From positions 21,105 through 85,104 of the forward strand of contig JBEKNC010000006.1 of the NCBI GenBank assembly GCA_049523215.1: a stretch of DNA of 64,000 bases. The letters are read 5' to 3'. This stretch comes from Bacteroidota bacterium. Its GTDB lineage: Bacteria; Bacteroidota; Ignavibacteria; UBA10030. How positions within the stretch are numbered: the stretch's first letter is position 1; each line of letters starts with the position of its first letter. The translations under genes and the position numbers were made by a program. Of the stretch, positions 31,036 to 40,206 are shown piece by piece. The notes beneath the pieces were generated by a model that was not told where the DNA came from, ran no database searches, and worked only from the letters and a program-made list of their open reading frames with translations.

Positions 31036-32277
31036 TTATTTCTGAATGTTTTCAAATAGTCTTTGATACCGTTTTGCTATTGTAGCCAGGTTAAACTTTT
31101 CCACGGCATAGGTTCTTGCATTTTTACTGAACTCCTCATATTTATTTTTGTTTTGAAGTAGTTCAAATGTTTTTTCTGCTGCGAGTTTGTAATCCCCGTT
31201 TGGTATACTGAAACCATTGTAACCATCTTTAATAATGCCTACAGTACCGCCCATTGCAAACGACACACAAGGAATCCCACAGGCTATTGCCTCCATGAGT
31301 ACCAGAGATACACTATCTGCTTTAGTAGGATATACGAATACATCACAGGTATTATATGCCTCCGACATTCTTTCATCTGAATTAATATATCCAAGATTAA
31401 CTGGCTGTATATTTTTCAAATATTCGATATTTTCCAAGTTATCTTTTCCAGCTAGAAGAACATAAATCTTTTCTTTTGTTAAATGATTAAGATAATTTAA
31501 AACCTTTATAAGATCCGCTCCACCTTTGAAAATATTGTTTTTGAGTTTTTCTGCAGAAAACATGATGACAGAAGCATGCTCAGGAATATACATTTTCTTC
31601 CTGAGATCAAATTTTCCCATAGGCTTAAAAATATCGGTGTCAATTCCATGCGGAATCAATTCTATTTTTCTCTTTTTCAGTAAAGGGCTCTGAATAGAAA
31701 GATTATACATCCATTCGGAAGGTGCAATAAAGGTAATGGAGGAACAGTCATAAATTTTTTTCTTTCTTTTGATGAGCCAGTTTCCTGTAGGCAAACCTAT
31801 TGCCGGGTAAATATTTTTCTCATTTTTCCCCGCTTTCATATTTTTCCAAGATTCATCGCCGAAGGTATGAGATGCATTTGCAGTGAAAGGCCACATGTCA
31901 TGCATCGTCCATACGGTACTAGCAATTTTGGAAATTTTAATAAGGTCTCCAATTACAAAGTATCCCCCGATTAAGTTATTGAGCCAGATGACATCCGGTT
32001 TTTCCTGTTTAAGTTTCTTGTAAATAAACCGTGGTGAAAAAGGAAGCCAAAGGTATTGTAATCCCAGAAGATTCATACCTATGTTAAACAATCTTTCAAT
32101 TTTTGATAAAAATTTATTGGCAGTAGTAGTGTAGATGCTGGCATGATTTACCGACTTTGTCCTTACCAAATAAAATACCTCATTATGCAAATCTTTTCTC
32201 AGTGCTTCGGCAACCCTGTATGTAGCAATGCCTGATCCTCCAATACGGTCTGATATATTGATTATAACAATTTTCAT
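31036..32277 (-). CDS. Glycosyltransferase family 4
   Basis: MKIVIINISDRIGGSGIATY... C-terminal GT-B donor-binding region. Confidence 0.8.
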   Translation of the reverse strand: MKIVIINISDRIGGSGIATYRVAEALRKDLHNEVFYLVRTKSVNHASIYTTTANKFLSKIERLFNIGMNLLGLQYLWLPFSPRFIYKKLKQEKPDVIWLNNLIGGYFVIGDLIKISKIASTVWTMHDMWPFTANASHTFGDESWKNMKAGKNEKNIYPAIGLPTGNWLIKRKKKIYDCSSITFIAPSEWMYNLSIQSPLLKKRKIELIPHGIDTDIFKPMGKFDLRKKMYIPEHASVIMFSAEKLKNNIFKGGADLIKVLNYLNHLTKEKIYVLLAGKDNLENIEYLKNIQPVNLGYINSDERMSEAYNTCDVFVYPTKADSVSLVLMEAIACGIPCVSFAMGGTVGIIKDGYNGFSIPNGDYKLAAEKTFELLQNKNKYEEFSKNARTYAVEKFNLATIAKRYQRLFENIQK

Positions 32278-32505
32278 CCTTAATACAGGTGTTATTTAAT
32301 TAATGATACAATCATTGTTCACAAACTGAGTAGTAGATGAGTGATTCCTATAAGTTATTGTCATTGTAACTGTTAAGATATTTTTCGATCCTCTTCTATT
32401 TCAATGCAAGAATGTTATATAAACTTGAAATAAATCAAAAGTTATTCAACAACAATGTAATGGCAAAGAACTTAAAAGGAGAGTCAATAGTATAGTAAGG
32501 ATAAT

Positions 32506-33798
32506 TCATCCTAAAATCTCTGCAAGTTCTTTCGCTATTACTTCTCTACTGAATTGTTTTGCAATCTCCGGATTGGGACTGCACGAAGAAAGTTGTTGAA
32601 AAATGTCTGTAGTGTCATAACTGTAAGAAAAGATTTTCCCGGCATTTGCCTTCCGTAAAATGCTTTCTACTTCGTTGTTCTCATCTCCGAAGACAATAAT
32701 TTTATTTCCTGTGCGTAAATATTCAAATAGTTTTCCAGGTATGTGGCGCTTCTCCGTCGGACATACAAGCAGGTATGTGGCATTCAGCATCTCTTCTATA
32801 ACTTTATTGTATGGAAGGAATCCGGCGTAGTCAGTCCAATCAGCAAGGTTATTTTCTTCTATTGCTCGTCTGATCCCAGGGCTTACCGTTCCAATAAATT
32901 TGAGGCGAAGTTTTCTTCCTCTATTGATTTCTTGTCGAATTGTTTTCCACAATATTCGCGGATTTTGGTAATCAAAAATATTCCCTGCATGAAGAATCGT
33001 TTCAACATTACTTGAAGATTGTCTCGTTAATCCATCGAAATTCTCTTCGTTGTAACCCCAATAAAGGACATGCGATTTGTCGTTTAGCCATGAATATTTT
33101 CTCACATAATCTTCTTTCATGCTTTCCGTAACAAACACTATATGTGAAGCTTCTTCTAGGACTGACCGTTCTAGGTGACGATCAAGCGCAAGTGTAATTA
33201 CGCTTCGTTTGAAATCACGGTAGTACGTGATATCAACCCACGGATCGATGAATACAGGAATATGCGGAATGCCAAATTCCTTGCTCAACTTTTTCCCAAC
33301 CAACAATGTCGTATGCGGCGGACCAATAGATACAATTGCCTGAATGTTTTCTGAACGAAGAATTTGTTTTCCCTTGCGGACGGCATTCCAGTACCAGCCA
33401 ATTCGTGCATCCGGTACAAAGAGATTCATCCGAATCCAAATTGCAAGTCGATGCCGCAGCCCGCGGTTGGTCGTTGATATTGTTTCCGATGCTGTCAATG
33501 GCGTGTTCTTCTCTTTTCCTAACAAGCGGCGGTAGAGGTCGAACGGTTCTACTGCTCGTGCTTTGAAGACCTTCAGATCAGGATCAACTTCCTTAAGCAA
33601 GGATTCATCTTGAGAAGAAAATGTGTCTTCATCTGCAGTGAGAACAATCGGTTGCCATCCAAAACCTGGCAGGTGCTGGATCATCTTTAACGGCCAGTGC
33701 AGGGTTGCTTTGCCGGACGGAGGCCAGAAATATGTAACAAAGAGGACTTGCTTCATTGATGGTGATGGATAACCGCTGTAATGTATCGTGATTTTCAC
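32506..33798 (-). CDS. Glycosyltransferase family 4 (WcaI-like)
   Basis: VLFVTYFWPPSGKA N-terminus typical of the WcaI-like GT4 subgroup. Start may be M15. Confidence 0.7.
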   Translation of the reverse strand: MKITIHYSGYPSPSMKQVLFVTYFWPPSGKATLHWPLKMIQHLPGFGWQPIVLTADEDTFSSQDESLLKEVDPDLKVFKARAVEPFDLYRRLLGKEKNTPLTASETISTTNRGLRHRLAIWIRMNLFVPDARIGWYWNAVRKGKQILRSENIQAIVSIGPPHTTLLVGKKLSKEFGIPHIPVFIDPWVDITYYRDFKRSVITLALDRHLERSVLEEASHIVFVTESMKEDYVRKYSWLNDKSHVLYWGYNEENFDGLTRQSSSNVETILHAGNIFDYQNPRILWKTIRQEINRGRKLRLKFIGTVSPGIRRAIEENNLADWTDYAGFLPYNKVIEEMLNATYLLVCPTEKRHIPGKLFEYLRTGNKIIVFGDENNEVESILRKANAGKIFSYSYDTTDIFQQLSSCSPNPEIAKQFSREVIAKELAEILG

Positions 33799-33894
33799 GG
33801 AATGTCAAAAAACATTCCTTCGATAAAAAGGAAATGGCTTCCTTCTGAACAACCGAAAAGAAGCCATCCAAATTCTTTCAAAAAGAATAGCTCG

Positions 33895-35520
33895 CTATTT
33901 CACTTGCAGCATTGTAGAATCACGAGGGAACAGTTGATCACGCATTGCTGCATTGTAAGCGAACAATGCCATAATTGTCGCTGCTTGTTTCATATCATCC
34001 TCAACAAGCCGGTCGTACACATCCATATTGGAATGACGCGTGCGGAGACTGTAATCCATCGGATCCTGTATGAATTGAAATCCCGGCAGTCCGACACCAT
34101 CGAACGCCTGATGGTCAGTGCCGCCCGTATTCGCAATCGTCAATGTCTGCGCAACAGGATCATCATAGGCCGCCAGCCAAGAACGGAAAATAGACCGCGC
34201 TCCTTCATTGCTCTGCAGATACACCCCGCGCACTCTGCCTCCGCCATTATCATTATTGAAATAGACACTGAATGAGCTTGCTTCAGGCTTAAAGATAACC
34301 GGGCCGGTTGTATTTGTTCCTTGCTGCCCGCTGGAATTCTGACGTTCGGCATAATGTTGCTTGACATATGCATGCGATCCAAGCAATCCTTCTTCTTCGC
34401 CGCCCCAGAGACAAATGCGGATCGTCCGTCGCGGCTGCAATCCGAGCTTTTTGATGATACGAAGACTTTCAAAACAGACTGTCACACCGCTGCCGTTATC
34501 CGTAGCGCCGGTACCGGAATGCCATGTGTCGAAGTGCGCACCGATCAACACTGTTTCATTCTTCAGATCTGTTCCGGGAATTTCTGCAATGATGTTGAAG
34601 CTGGAGTCTGCCTTCGTCGTTTCTACATCCAGTCGCATTTCTGCTTTCACCGAAATACCTTTTTGAATTGTTCGGACAAGACGATTATACTGCTCCGCCG
34701 ATACGGTTATCTGCGGAAGAAATGCCGGTGCATCGGCATCATAGGGATTTTTTCTGTTGTTAAAATACTCTACCGGGTCTTGCGGCATCTGCGGCACTGT
34801 TGCTCCCTGCACATACAGCAATGTCCCATCGTCACCCGGATTTGCTTCGAGTACCGCAGCAGCACCTTCCGACTGACAGAATTCTAACTTTCTAAAACCG
34901 AATCGGAACCGTTGAACACTCGCCGAGTCACCCCGCTCACGGCGAAAAAATCTGTTTTGATCGCTGATATTCCGGTTCGCAAGCTGCAACAGCGTTGAAT
35001 CTGCCCTGCGTGATGCATCCGGTTGAAAGTGCGGCTGCACCTTTACGGGTTCGCTGATCAACACCAACTTACCTTTTAACTTTCCATGAAATTTTGCCAG
35101 ATCGGACTCGTTCACAGCGTCCAAATAGATTACCTTGGCATCGACCGTTCCTCTGGTGCCGGGCGACCATGCTTTTGGATAGGCAATTACAGGAAACATC
35201 CGCGGTTCAGTAATGTTCAGGAAAAACTTTTTCAAACTCCATCCTTTTCCAACCGGAGCAAAGTTTTCAAAATGGACATTCTCAGCGCCGTATTCCTTCA
35301 GTTTGGCAACTGCCCATTCCGCGGCTTCCCGATATTCCGGGGACCAATTCAGCCGCGGAGCATGGACATCCGATAACCAACTCGAGATTTCCATCACAAG
35401 CGAGCGATTCAACCCCTCCTCTTTGATCTTTGTAATGGCAGCGGTATCGAGTTTTTCCTGTGCCGATGATAGCTGCATGCAGACTGCTAAAAGAAAAAAA
35501 AGAATAAATATGCGATTCAT
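33895..35520 (-). CDS. M28-family zinc aminopeptidase with PA domain, secreted
   Basis: Signal peptide. GAHFDTWHSGTGATDNGSG and CLWGGEEEGLLGSHAYV metal-ligand motifs. Confidence 0.8.
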   Translation of the reverse strand: MNRIFILFFLLAVCMQLSSAQEKLDTAAITKIKEEGLNRSLVMEISSWLSDVHAPRLNWSPEYREAAEWAVAKLKEYGAENVHFENFAPVGKGWSLKKFFLNITEPRMFPVIAYPKAWSPGTRGTVDAKVIYLDAVNESDLAKFHGKLKGKLVLISEPVKVQPHFQPDASRRADSTLLQLANRNISDQNRFFRRERGDSASVQRFRFGFRKLEFCQSEGAAAVLEANPGDDGTLLYVQGATVPQMPQDPVEYFNNRKNPYDADAPAFLPQITVSAEQYNRLVRTIQKGISVKAEMRLDVETTKADSSFNIIAEIPGTDLKNETVLIGAHFDTWHSGTGATDNGSGVTVCFESLRIIKKLGLQPRRTIRICLWGGEEEGLLGSHAYVKQHYAERQNSSGQQGTNTTGPVIFKPEASSFSVYFNNDNGGGRVRGVYLQSNEGARSIFRSWLAAYDDPVAQTLTIANTGGTDHQAFDGVGLPGFQFIQDPMDYSLRTRHSNMDVYDRLVEDDMKQAATIMALFAYNAAMRDQLFPRDSTMLQVK

Positions 35521-35595
35521 AAGAAATATCCTTCCGTTTTAGATTCCCACGTAAATGTACCCTGAATCCTATGGAATGTCAAAAGAGGAATAGAA

Positions 35596-36360
35596 TTACT
35601 TGCAGAGAAAATCTCCTTCGAGGAGGAGATGTCCGTTCTTCTGCCTCACCTGCGGTATCGGCATTTCATCGAAGGTTCTTCCGGAGAGCTCGCGGCCGGC
35701 TGCTTTCTTGCGGACACCACCCCATTGCTTAAAGAAAAATGGAACTTCTGCTTCCCGGCAGCGGCGCTTAATCTGCGTTACCCAGTCACGCTCCATCGGG
35801 CGCGCACCCGGACCCGATTCGCCGCCGACAATAACCCAATCAATTCCTCTCAGTGGAAGTCTTGAGATGGGGCCAAGCAGCGGTTCTAAGGAAAGAAATC
35901 TCACAGCTGCTGGCACTTTGACCAGTTCATGGATCCGGTCTGTATATTTTTGAGATTCGACGCTCACGCCCATCCAGACATTTTCCGGCCACGGGAGATA
36001 CGGCGCAATTTGTACTAACCGATCCGATCTCTTCGTGAGTATCTGGAAAGTATGCCAATGTGCACGCTTCATGGTATCAAAAACTTTTACGATGAAATCG
36101 CAGGGAACATCTTTATGCAATAAATCGCTCATCGAGTTCACAAAAATGACGCGCGGTTGTTTCCATTCGAGCGGCAATTCAACGATATCTTCCTGGAGCG
36201 TGACTTGAAATCCATTCCGATACCGTGATGATCCCATTGCCTGAAGCCGCATAGCCATCCGCTCTGCGTAGCAATTCTTGCAGCCCGGACTGATTTTACT
36301 GCAGCCGGTTACCGGGTTCCAGGTAGATTCAGTCCATTCAATATGAGATTTTATCGCCAT
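35596..36360 (-). CDS. Phage Gp37/Gp68-family (DUF5131) protein with an N-terminal three-Cys motif
   Basis: N-terminus [36 protein letters not shown] matches the hallmark IEWT..TWNP.TGC...SxGCxxCYA signature of PF07505. Confidence 0.7.
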   Translation of the reverse strand: MAIKSHIEWTESTWNPVTGCSKISPGCKNCYAERMAMRLQAMGSSRYRNGFQVTLQEDIVELPLEWKQPRVIFVNSMSDLLHKDVPCDFIVKVFDTMKRAHWHTFQILTKRSDRLVQIAPYLPWPENVWMGVSVESQKYTDRIHELVKVPAAVRFLSLEPLLGPISRLPLRGIDWVIVGGESGPGARPMERDWVTQIKRRCREAEVPFFFKQWGGVRKKAAGRELSGRTFDEMPIPQVRQKNGHLLLEGDFLCK

Positions 36361-36362
36361 GA

Positions 36363-37247
36363 TTAATCCTCGAAAAGAGGTCTTTGATCTGATGCATATT
36401 TTTTAACTTCTTTCCAATATCGATATCCTAAAGAATGGCGAGAAAAAAATGCCAAATGATATAGAGATAAATTTTTTTCATCTGATTTGATTTCAAGCAT
36501 TTGTTTAATCGATTCTTCTTTATAATTTAATGTAACCATTTGTTGTGCATATTCGTTCGCTAGAAATTTACGAAAACTTTTCCCTTTAATTTGTTCATTT
36601 TTCCAGCGACCTCTCCATTCTGATAATCCAAGAAATTTATCGATTCTTTGATTGTTATTCTCTATATAAATAGATTCGTTTCTGACTCCATCCATAGAAA
36701 GAGCAAGAAGAATCAAAAAATCAACATATCTTTGTGCACATAGAGTTCTGATCGTATCAAATTCTATATTTAAAGAGAATGGATCCACAAAACAGAAAGT
36801 TAAAACTTTGTTATTCCGAGAAGGCGTTGGAATAAGCTTTAAAACATCAGTGATTTTTTTATTGCAGTCACCTAATATATAATGTGCATTCACTTGTGGA
36901 TATTCAGATTCTACCCTTGTTTGCAACGCCTGTAATAATCCTTCATTTTCTTCACAAAAAATGTATTGATCAAATTTATTTGCTAGTCCTAAAGCAAGAA
37001 GGGGCGAACCCGCTAAGATTTTATCTGTGTTCCTAACTTTTGCCTTTCCCGAACCAGCAAAAAGATCAATATAGACAAGTTGATTCCATGAATGCCTTAT
37101 ACCCTTTAAAAAAAGATCACAATAGAGATGCACTAATTTATATTTTCTCTCTGCCCAACTCCCGACTTCTGGAATAATAAGCCCATCATCAGATGAACAA
37201 ATACCTGAATGGTCAATATTTAAGCTGTTATCAATTTTATTCCCCAT
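36363..37247 (-). CDS. TcmP-like 'three-Cys-motif partner' protein. Methyltransferase-fold with RsmD-like motifs
   Basis: Sits 3 nt upstream of the Gp37/68 gene. Motif I-like IDLFAGSG. Motif IV-like FCFVDPF (DPPF-like). Confidence 0.55.
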   Translation of the reverse strand: MGNKIDNSLNIDHSGICSSDDGLIIPEVGSWAERKYKLVHLYCDLFLKGIRHSWNQLVYIDLFAGSGKAKVRNTDKILAGSPLLALGLANKFDQYIFCEENEGLLQALQTRVESEYPQVNAHYILGDCNKKITDVLKLIPTPSRNNKVLTFCFVDPFSLNIEFDTIRTLCAQRYVDFLILLALSMDGVRNESIYIENNNQRIDKFLGLSEWRGRWKNEQIKGKSFRKFLANEYAQQMVTLNYKEESIKQMLEIKSDEKNLSLYHLAFFSRHSLGYRYWKEVKKYASDQRPLFED

Positions 37248-37361
37248 TTTTTCCCTTTCATGACAATTAATTTACTTCTTCGCTTCCTTTTCCTTCCTTA
37301 CACTCTCTGAATCACCTTCACCACCCACCTCCTTCCGCCTCAACAATGTCCCTAATCCCGG

Positions 37362-37787
37362 TTATTTCTTTTTCCCGCACTCAATACAATATCCTTTGTG
37401 AACACAAATCGTACCTTTACATCGGGAACAAGTCCATCTTATATCTTCGTTCTTTAAAAATTTTCTCATACTGAAATTTTTAATATTTTCAAGATTTTCG
37501 ATCATGCTCATATCGTATTTAGTTCGGTATCTTGTATCCAAATGTTTCAAATTATCGCAGGGGAAATTTCGGCATTCAAAACAAAACTTCGCTTTGCCTT
37601 TTTGAAATATTGTGCAGGTCTTGATTTTACATCTAACACGGGTGATCGGTTTATCGGTGTCCACTCCTCTACAACCGGGACATTTATTTTTTTCTCTCAA
37701 ATAAGCCATGCAAATGCCGCAGTTCATTCCGCAGGGGGCTACAAGAGAAAATTTATTCAAGGATTCCATCTTTTCTTTCTCACACAC
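37362..37787 (-). CDS. Cys-rich small protein, DUF3795-like
   Basis: APCGMNCGICMAY, CPGCRG, CFEC, CSRC, CIEC. 18 cysteines in 141 aa. Overlaps the repressor gene by 8 nt. Confidence 0.5.
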   Translation of the reverse strand: MCEKEKMESLNKFSLVAPCGMNCGICMAYLREKNKCPGCRGVDTDKPITRVRCKIKTCTIFQKGKAKFCFECRNFPCDNLKHLDTRYRTKYDMSMIENLENIKNFSMRKFLKNEDIRWTCSRCKGTICVHKGYCIECGKKK

Positions 37788-38442
37788 TCTTAATCACTTT
37801 TATGACGCGCCACATGAAAGTCACGTCCTTCTTGCGCACGACCATCGGTTCGTATTCGGGATTGAGTGGAATCAAATGTACAAACTGCTCATCGATTTTG
37901 ATCCGCTTCACGGTGTCCTCCTCATCCACGCGCACCACGCAGATATCACCGCTTCTCACTTCTAATTTTGGCGTTACCACGATGATGTCGCCGTTCTCAA
38001 TGCGGGGCGCCATGCTGTTTCCCTTCACTTCGAGTGCGAAAGCATTCGGGTCGCGAACATCATCCACCGTAATGTATCGGTCAGCATGATCGGAATGAAA
38101 CCGCTGACTCAATGCACCAGCTGGCACAGAGGCAAGCAAGGGGAGTGAAACGAGGTCTACTTTTTTATAACGGCTTGTCGGTAATGGTATAACCTTGGAT
38201 TTGTGCTGTTCAGCAGAAACCATCTCTCCTTCACCAGTCAGTAGCCAGTGAGCCGTTATGCCGGTTGCTTTGGCAATGCGCATGAGATAATTACTGTCAG
38301 GCACCTGTTCGCCTTTTTCCCAGCGTTGAACGGTGCGAGTGGCAATATCGATCTTCGCGGCAAGGTCAGCTTGATCAAATTGTTTTAACAACCGCGCTTC
38401 GCGGATGCGTTGTGCAATTGTAGATTTCATAGAGTTATTCAC
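37780..38442 (-). CDS. LexA-like / phage cI-like repressor (XRE-type HTH plus S24 autopeptidase)
   Basis: HTH: IAQRIREARLLKQFDQADLAAKIDIATRTVQRWEKG. Ala-Gly cleavage site VPAGAL. Ser in GNSMAP and Lys in TVKRIK. Confidence 0.8.
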   Translation of the reverse strand: MNNSMKSTIAQRIREARLLKQFDQADLAAKIDIATRTVQRWEKGEQVPDSNYLMRIAKATGITAHWLLTGEGEMVSAEQHKSKVIPLPTSRYKKVDLVSLPLLASVPAGALSQRFHSDHADRYITVDDVRDPNAFALEVKGNSMAPRIENGDIIVVTPKLEVRSGDICVVRVDEEDTVKRIKIDEQFVHLIPLNPEYEPMVVRKKDVTFMWRVIKVIKSV

Positions 38443-38471
38443 TTTCTTCGGAATTTTTTTCCACCACCCCT

Positions 38472-38882
38472 TTATCCCCTCCTCACAGAGGAGGGGACAT
38501 GGGGAGGAGTAATTTTCTCATTGTATCTTGTTGTCCATTCGTAAATCGTTTGAAGAACACCATCTATATTGTTGCAAACATCATCGTTGGTAAAGCGCAT
38601 AAAATGAATACCGAAAGATTCAATATACTTCTGCCGTTCGTTGTCATATTTCTCAGAGAGATAGCCATAGTGACTATCTCCATCAATTTCGATAGCGAGC
38701 TTGAGTTCTGGACAATAGAAATCAATGACATACTGATTCACACTATATTGCCGGCGAAATTTGAATCCATTCATTTGTTTTCGTGAAAGATGCAACCAGA
38801 TAACCGCTTCCGCCTTCGAAAGTGATCGACGTAATGCTTTACGTCGTGCTGTATATGTTTTGTTATTAAAGACAATCGACAT
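38472..38882 (-). CDS. DUF559 (Vsr-like endonuclease domain) protein
   Basis: YVIDFYCPELKLAIEIDGDSHY pattern. A GC-rich hairpin encodes the last 8 codons. Confidence 0.65.
   Translation of the reverse strand: MSIVFNNKTYTARRKALRRSLSKAEAVIWLHLSRKQMNGFKFRRQYSVNQYVIDFYCPELKLAIEIDGDSHYGYLSEKYDNERQKYIESFGIHFMRFTNDDVCNNIDGVLQTIYEWTTRYNEKITPPHVPSSVRRG
38476..38496. repeat. Perfect 9-bp-stem hairpin cccctcctc-aca-gaggagggg (REP-like). A related copy lies at 39160-39186
   Basis: Read directly from the sequence. Confidence 0.5.
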
Positions 38883-38913
38883 AGTCTTTTCATTATCAAC
38901 AGTTCAGGTTAAT

Positions 38914-38929
38914 ACGACATAAATGTCAT
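38914..38929. promoter_or_regulatory. Candidate operator site 1: ACGACAT-AA-ATGTCAT imperfect palindrome
   Basis: About 35 nt upstream of the DUF559/repressor operon start. Inverted copy of the same motif at 39023-39040. Confidence 0.35.
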
Positions 38930-39014
38930 AATCAAAATAATGCTTTTTATCCCATATTGTCAATAGCTTTGTGATAGAGCGGAAAACGACGACGGATAGC
39001 ATCGGAATCACTTC

Positions 39015-39043
39015 TTGACAAGATGACAAAAATGTCGTATTCT
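39015..39043 (+). promoter_or_regulatory. σ70-like promoter candidate TTGACA-17-TATTCT pointing toward the imuA-like/polB genes, with operator site 2 (ATGACA-AAAA-TGTCGT) filling the spacer
   Basis: TTGACA at 39015-39020. Operator at 39023-39040. TATTCT at 39038-39043. Confidence 0.35.
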
Positions 39044-39199
39044 TTTTTAGGAATATAAGTTCTCATTACTCAATGAGAGTGTTAATAATGATAGAGGAAC
39101 AATTCCCTCTCCTCATAAAAGAGGGTTAGGGTGAGGTCAAAAAAACTGACCCCCATCTTAGTCCTCCCCTTGGAAGGGAGGAGACTAATAAAAGAATTT

Positions 39200-39991
39200 A
39201 TGAGCAAAATAAAACCCATATCTCCCGCCCAGCATCACCGCCGGTACCCTGCTCCGCAGCCAACCGTGGATATACACGATGATGCGGTGCCTATTCGCTC
39301 TGAGCGGATGATTCATGCCTTTGCAGACAAGCCCGGCAAGGTATTTCTGCTGTACGGCGAGCGGTCTATTTTTCAACTATCGCTTCAGATGGCCGCACAC
39401 GCGATGGTTCAGGGAAATCCTATTGCCGTTGTAGACGGCTGCAACCGTTTCGATGTGCACGCGCTTTCACGATTTGCACGCGTACGGAAAATAGACCCGA
39501 ACAAGTTCCTCAATCATATCTTCATCTCGCGCGGCTTCACGTGTTATCAAATGGAACAGGCTATTACACATAAGCTGCCGGCGTTTCTTGCTACCATTCA
39601 TTCAAGCACTGCACTGGTCTTTGGACTGCTCGACACCTTTTACGACGAACAGGCATCTCTGCGTGAAGTGCGGCAGATTCTTCAGAGACTGCTCGGCTCG
39701 TTTCAAGAAATGAAATCGAAAGGAGTCTCGCTCCTGCTGGTGTGTTTGGAAAGGACCGTTGCACCGCAGGAACGCAATCAGTTATTTACCACACTCAAAA
39801 ACGGTGTGGATCGCGTGTATAAACTCGATACCAATGAACGCGGATCGCTTCAGCTCTACTTAGAATCTCAACAGCCCGTGCACGAACAAATAAAAGGAAC
39901 ATTGAATTATGGGACGAACCGTACCCACCTTTACCAACCTGATCGATGCGGAACTGGCAAGCTGGTCGAAGTTCCGCCGCGGACTGCGTAA
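39200..39991 (+). CDS. ImuA/SulA-like RecA-fold protein (degenerate Walker A)
   Basis: KPGKVFLLYGERSIFQLSLQMAAHA...IAVVDGCNRFDVHALSRFA...VSLLLV. Matches the ImuA/SulA family pattern. No GKS/T lysine. The listed ORF begins at a GTG at 39131. ATG at 39200 used here. Confidence 0.5.
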   Translation: MSKIKPISPAQHHRRYPAPQPTVDIHDDAVPIRSERMIHAFADKPGKVFLLYGERSIFQLSLQMAAHAMVQGNPIAVVDGCNRFDVHALSRFARVRKIDPNKFLNHIFISRGFTCYQMEQAITHKLPAFLATIHSSTALVFGLLDTFYDEQASLREVRQILQRLLGSFQEMKSKGVSLLLVCLERTVAPQERNQLFTTLKNGVDRVYKLDTNERGSLQLYLESQQPVHEQIKGTLNYGTNRTHLYQPDRCGTGKLVEVPPRTA

Positions 39992-40206
39992 AGACGATCA
40001 GGAAGTCTTCGACGAAATATTCCGCGCTGCAAAACTGCATCTGGCAGAAAATTTTTATGCGATGCGTGCAGTTCCGTTCGAAAGCATGATGATGTCGATT
40101 GTAGTAGAACAGCAGAAGACGCTTCGGCGATTAGAGGAAGAAAGGAAGAAGTTAAGTAGATGAGTCTGTGAGTAGATGAGTAAGAGAAGGATGGAATAAT
40201 AGAACT

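Noticed and set aside
34321-34887. 188-aa plus-strand ORF inside the M28 peptidase gene
   Set aside because: It is antisense to a well-supported CDS and shows no domain signal.
39131-39200. GTG at 39131 as the start of the ImuA-like gene
   Set aside because: It would place the GGTCA-N7-TGACC palindrome and a GC hairpin inside the coding region. The ATG at 39200 is preferred, though a GTG start cannot be excluded.
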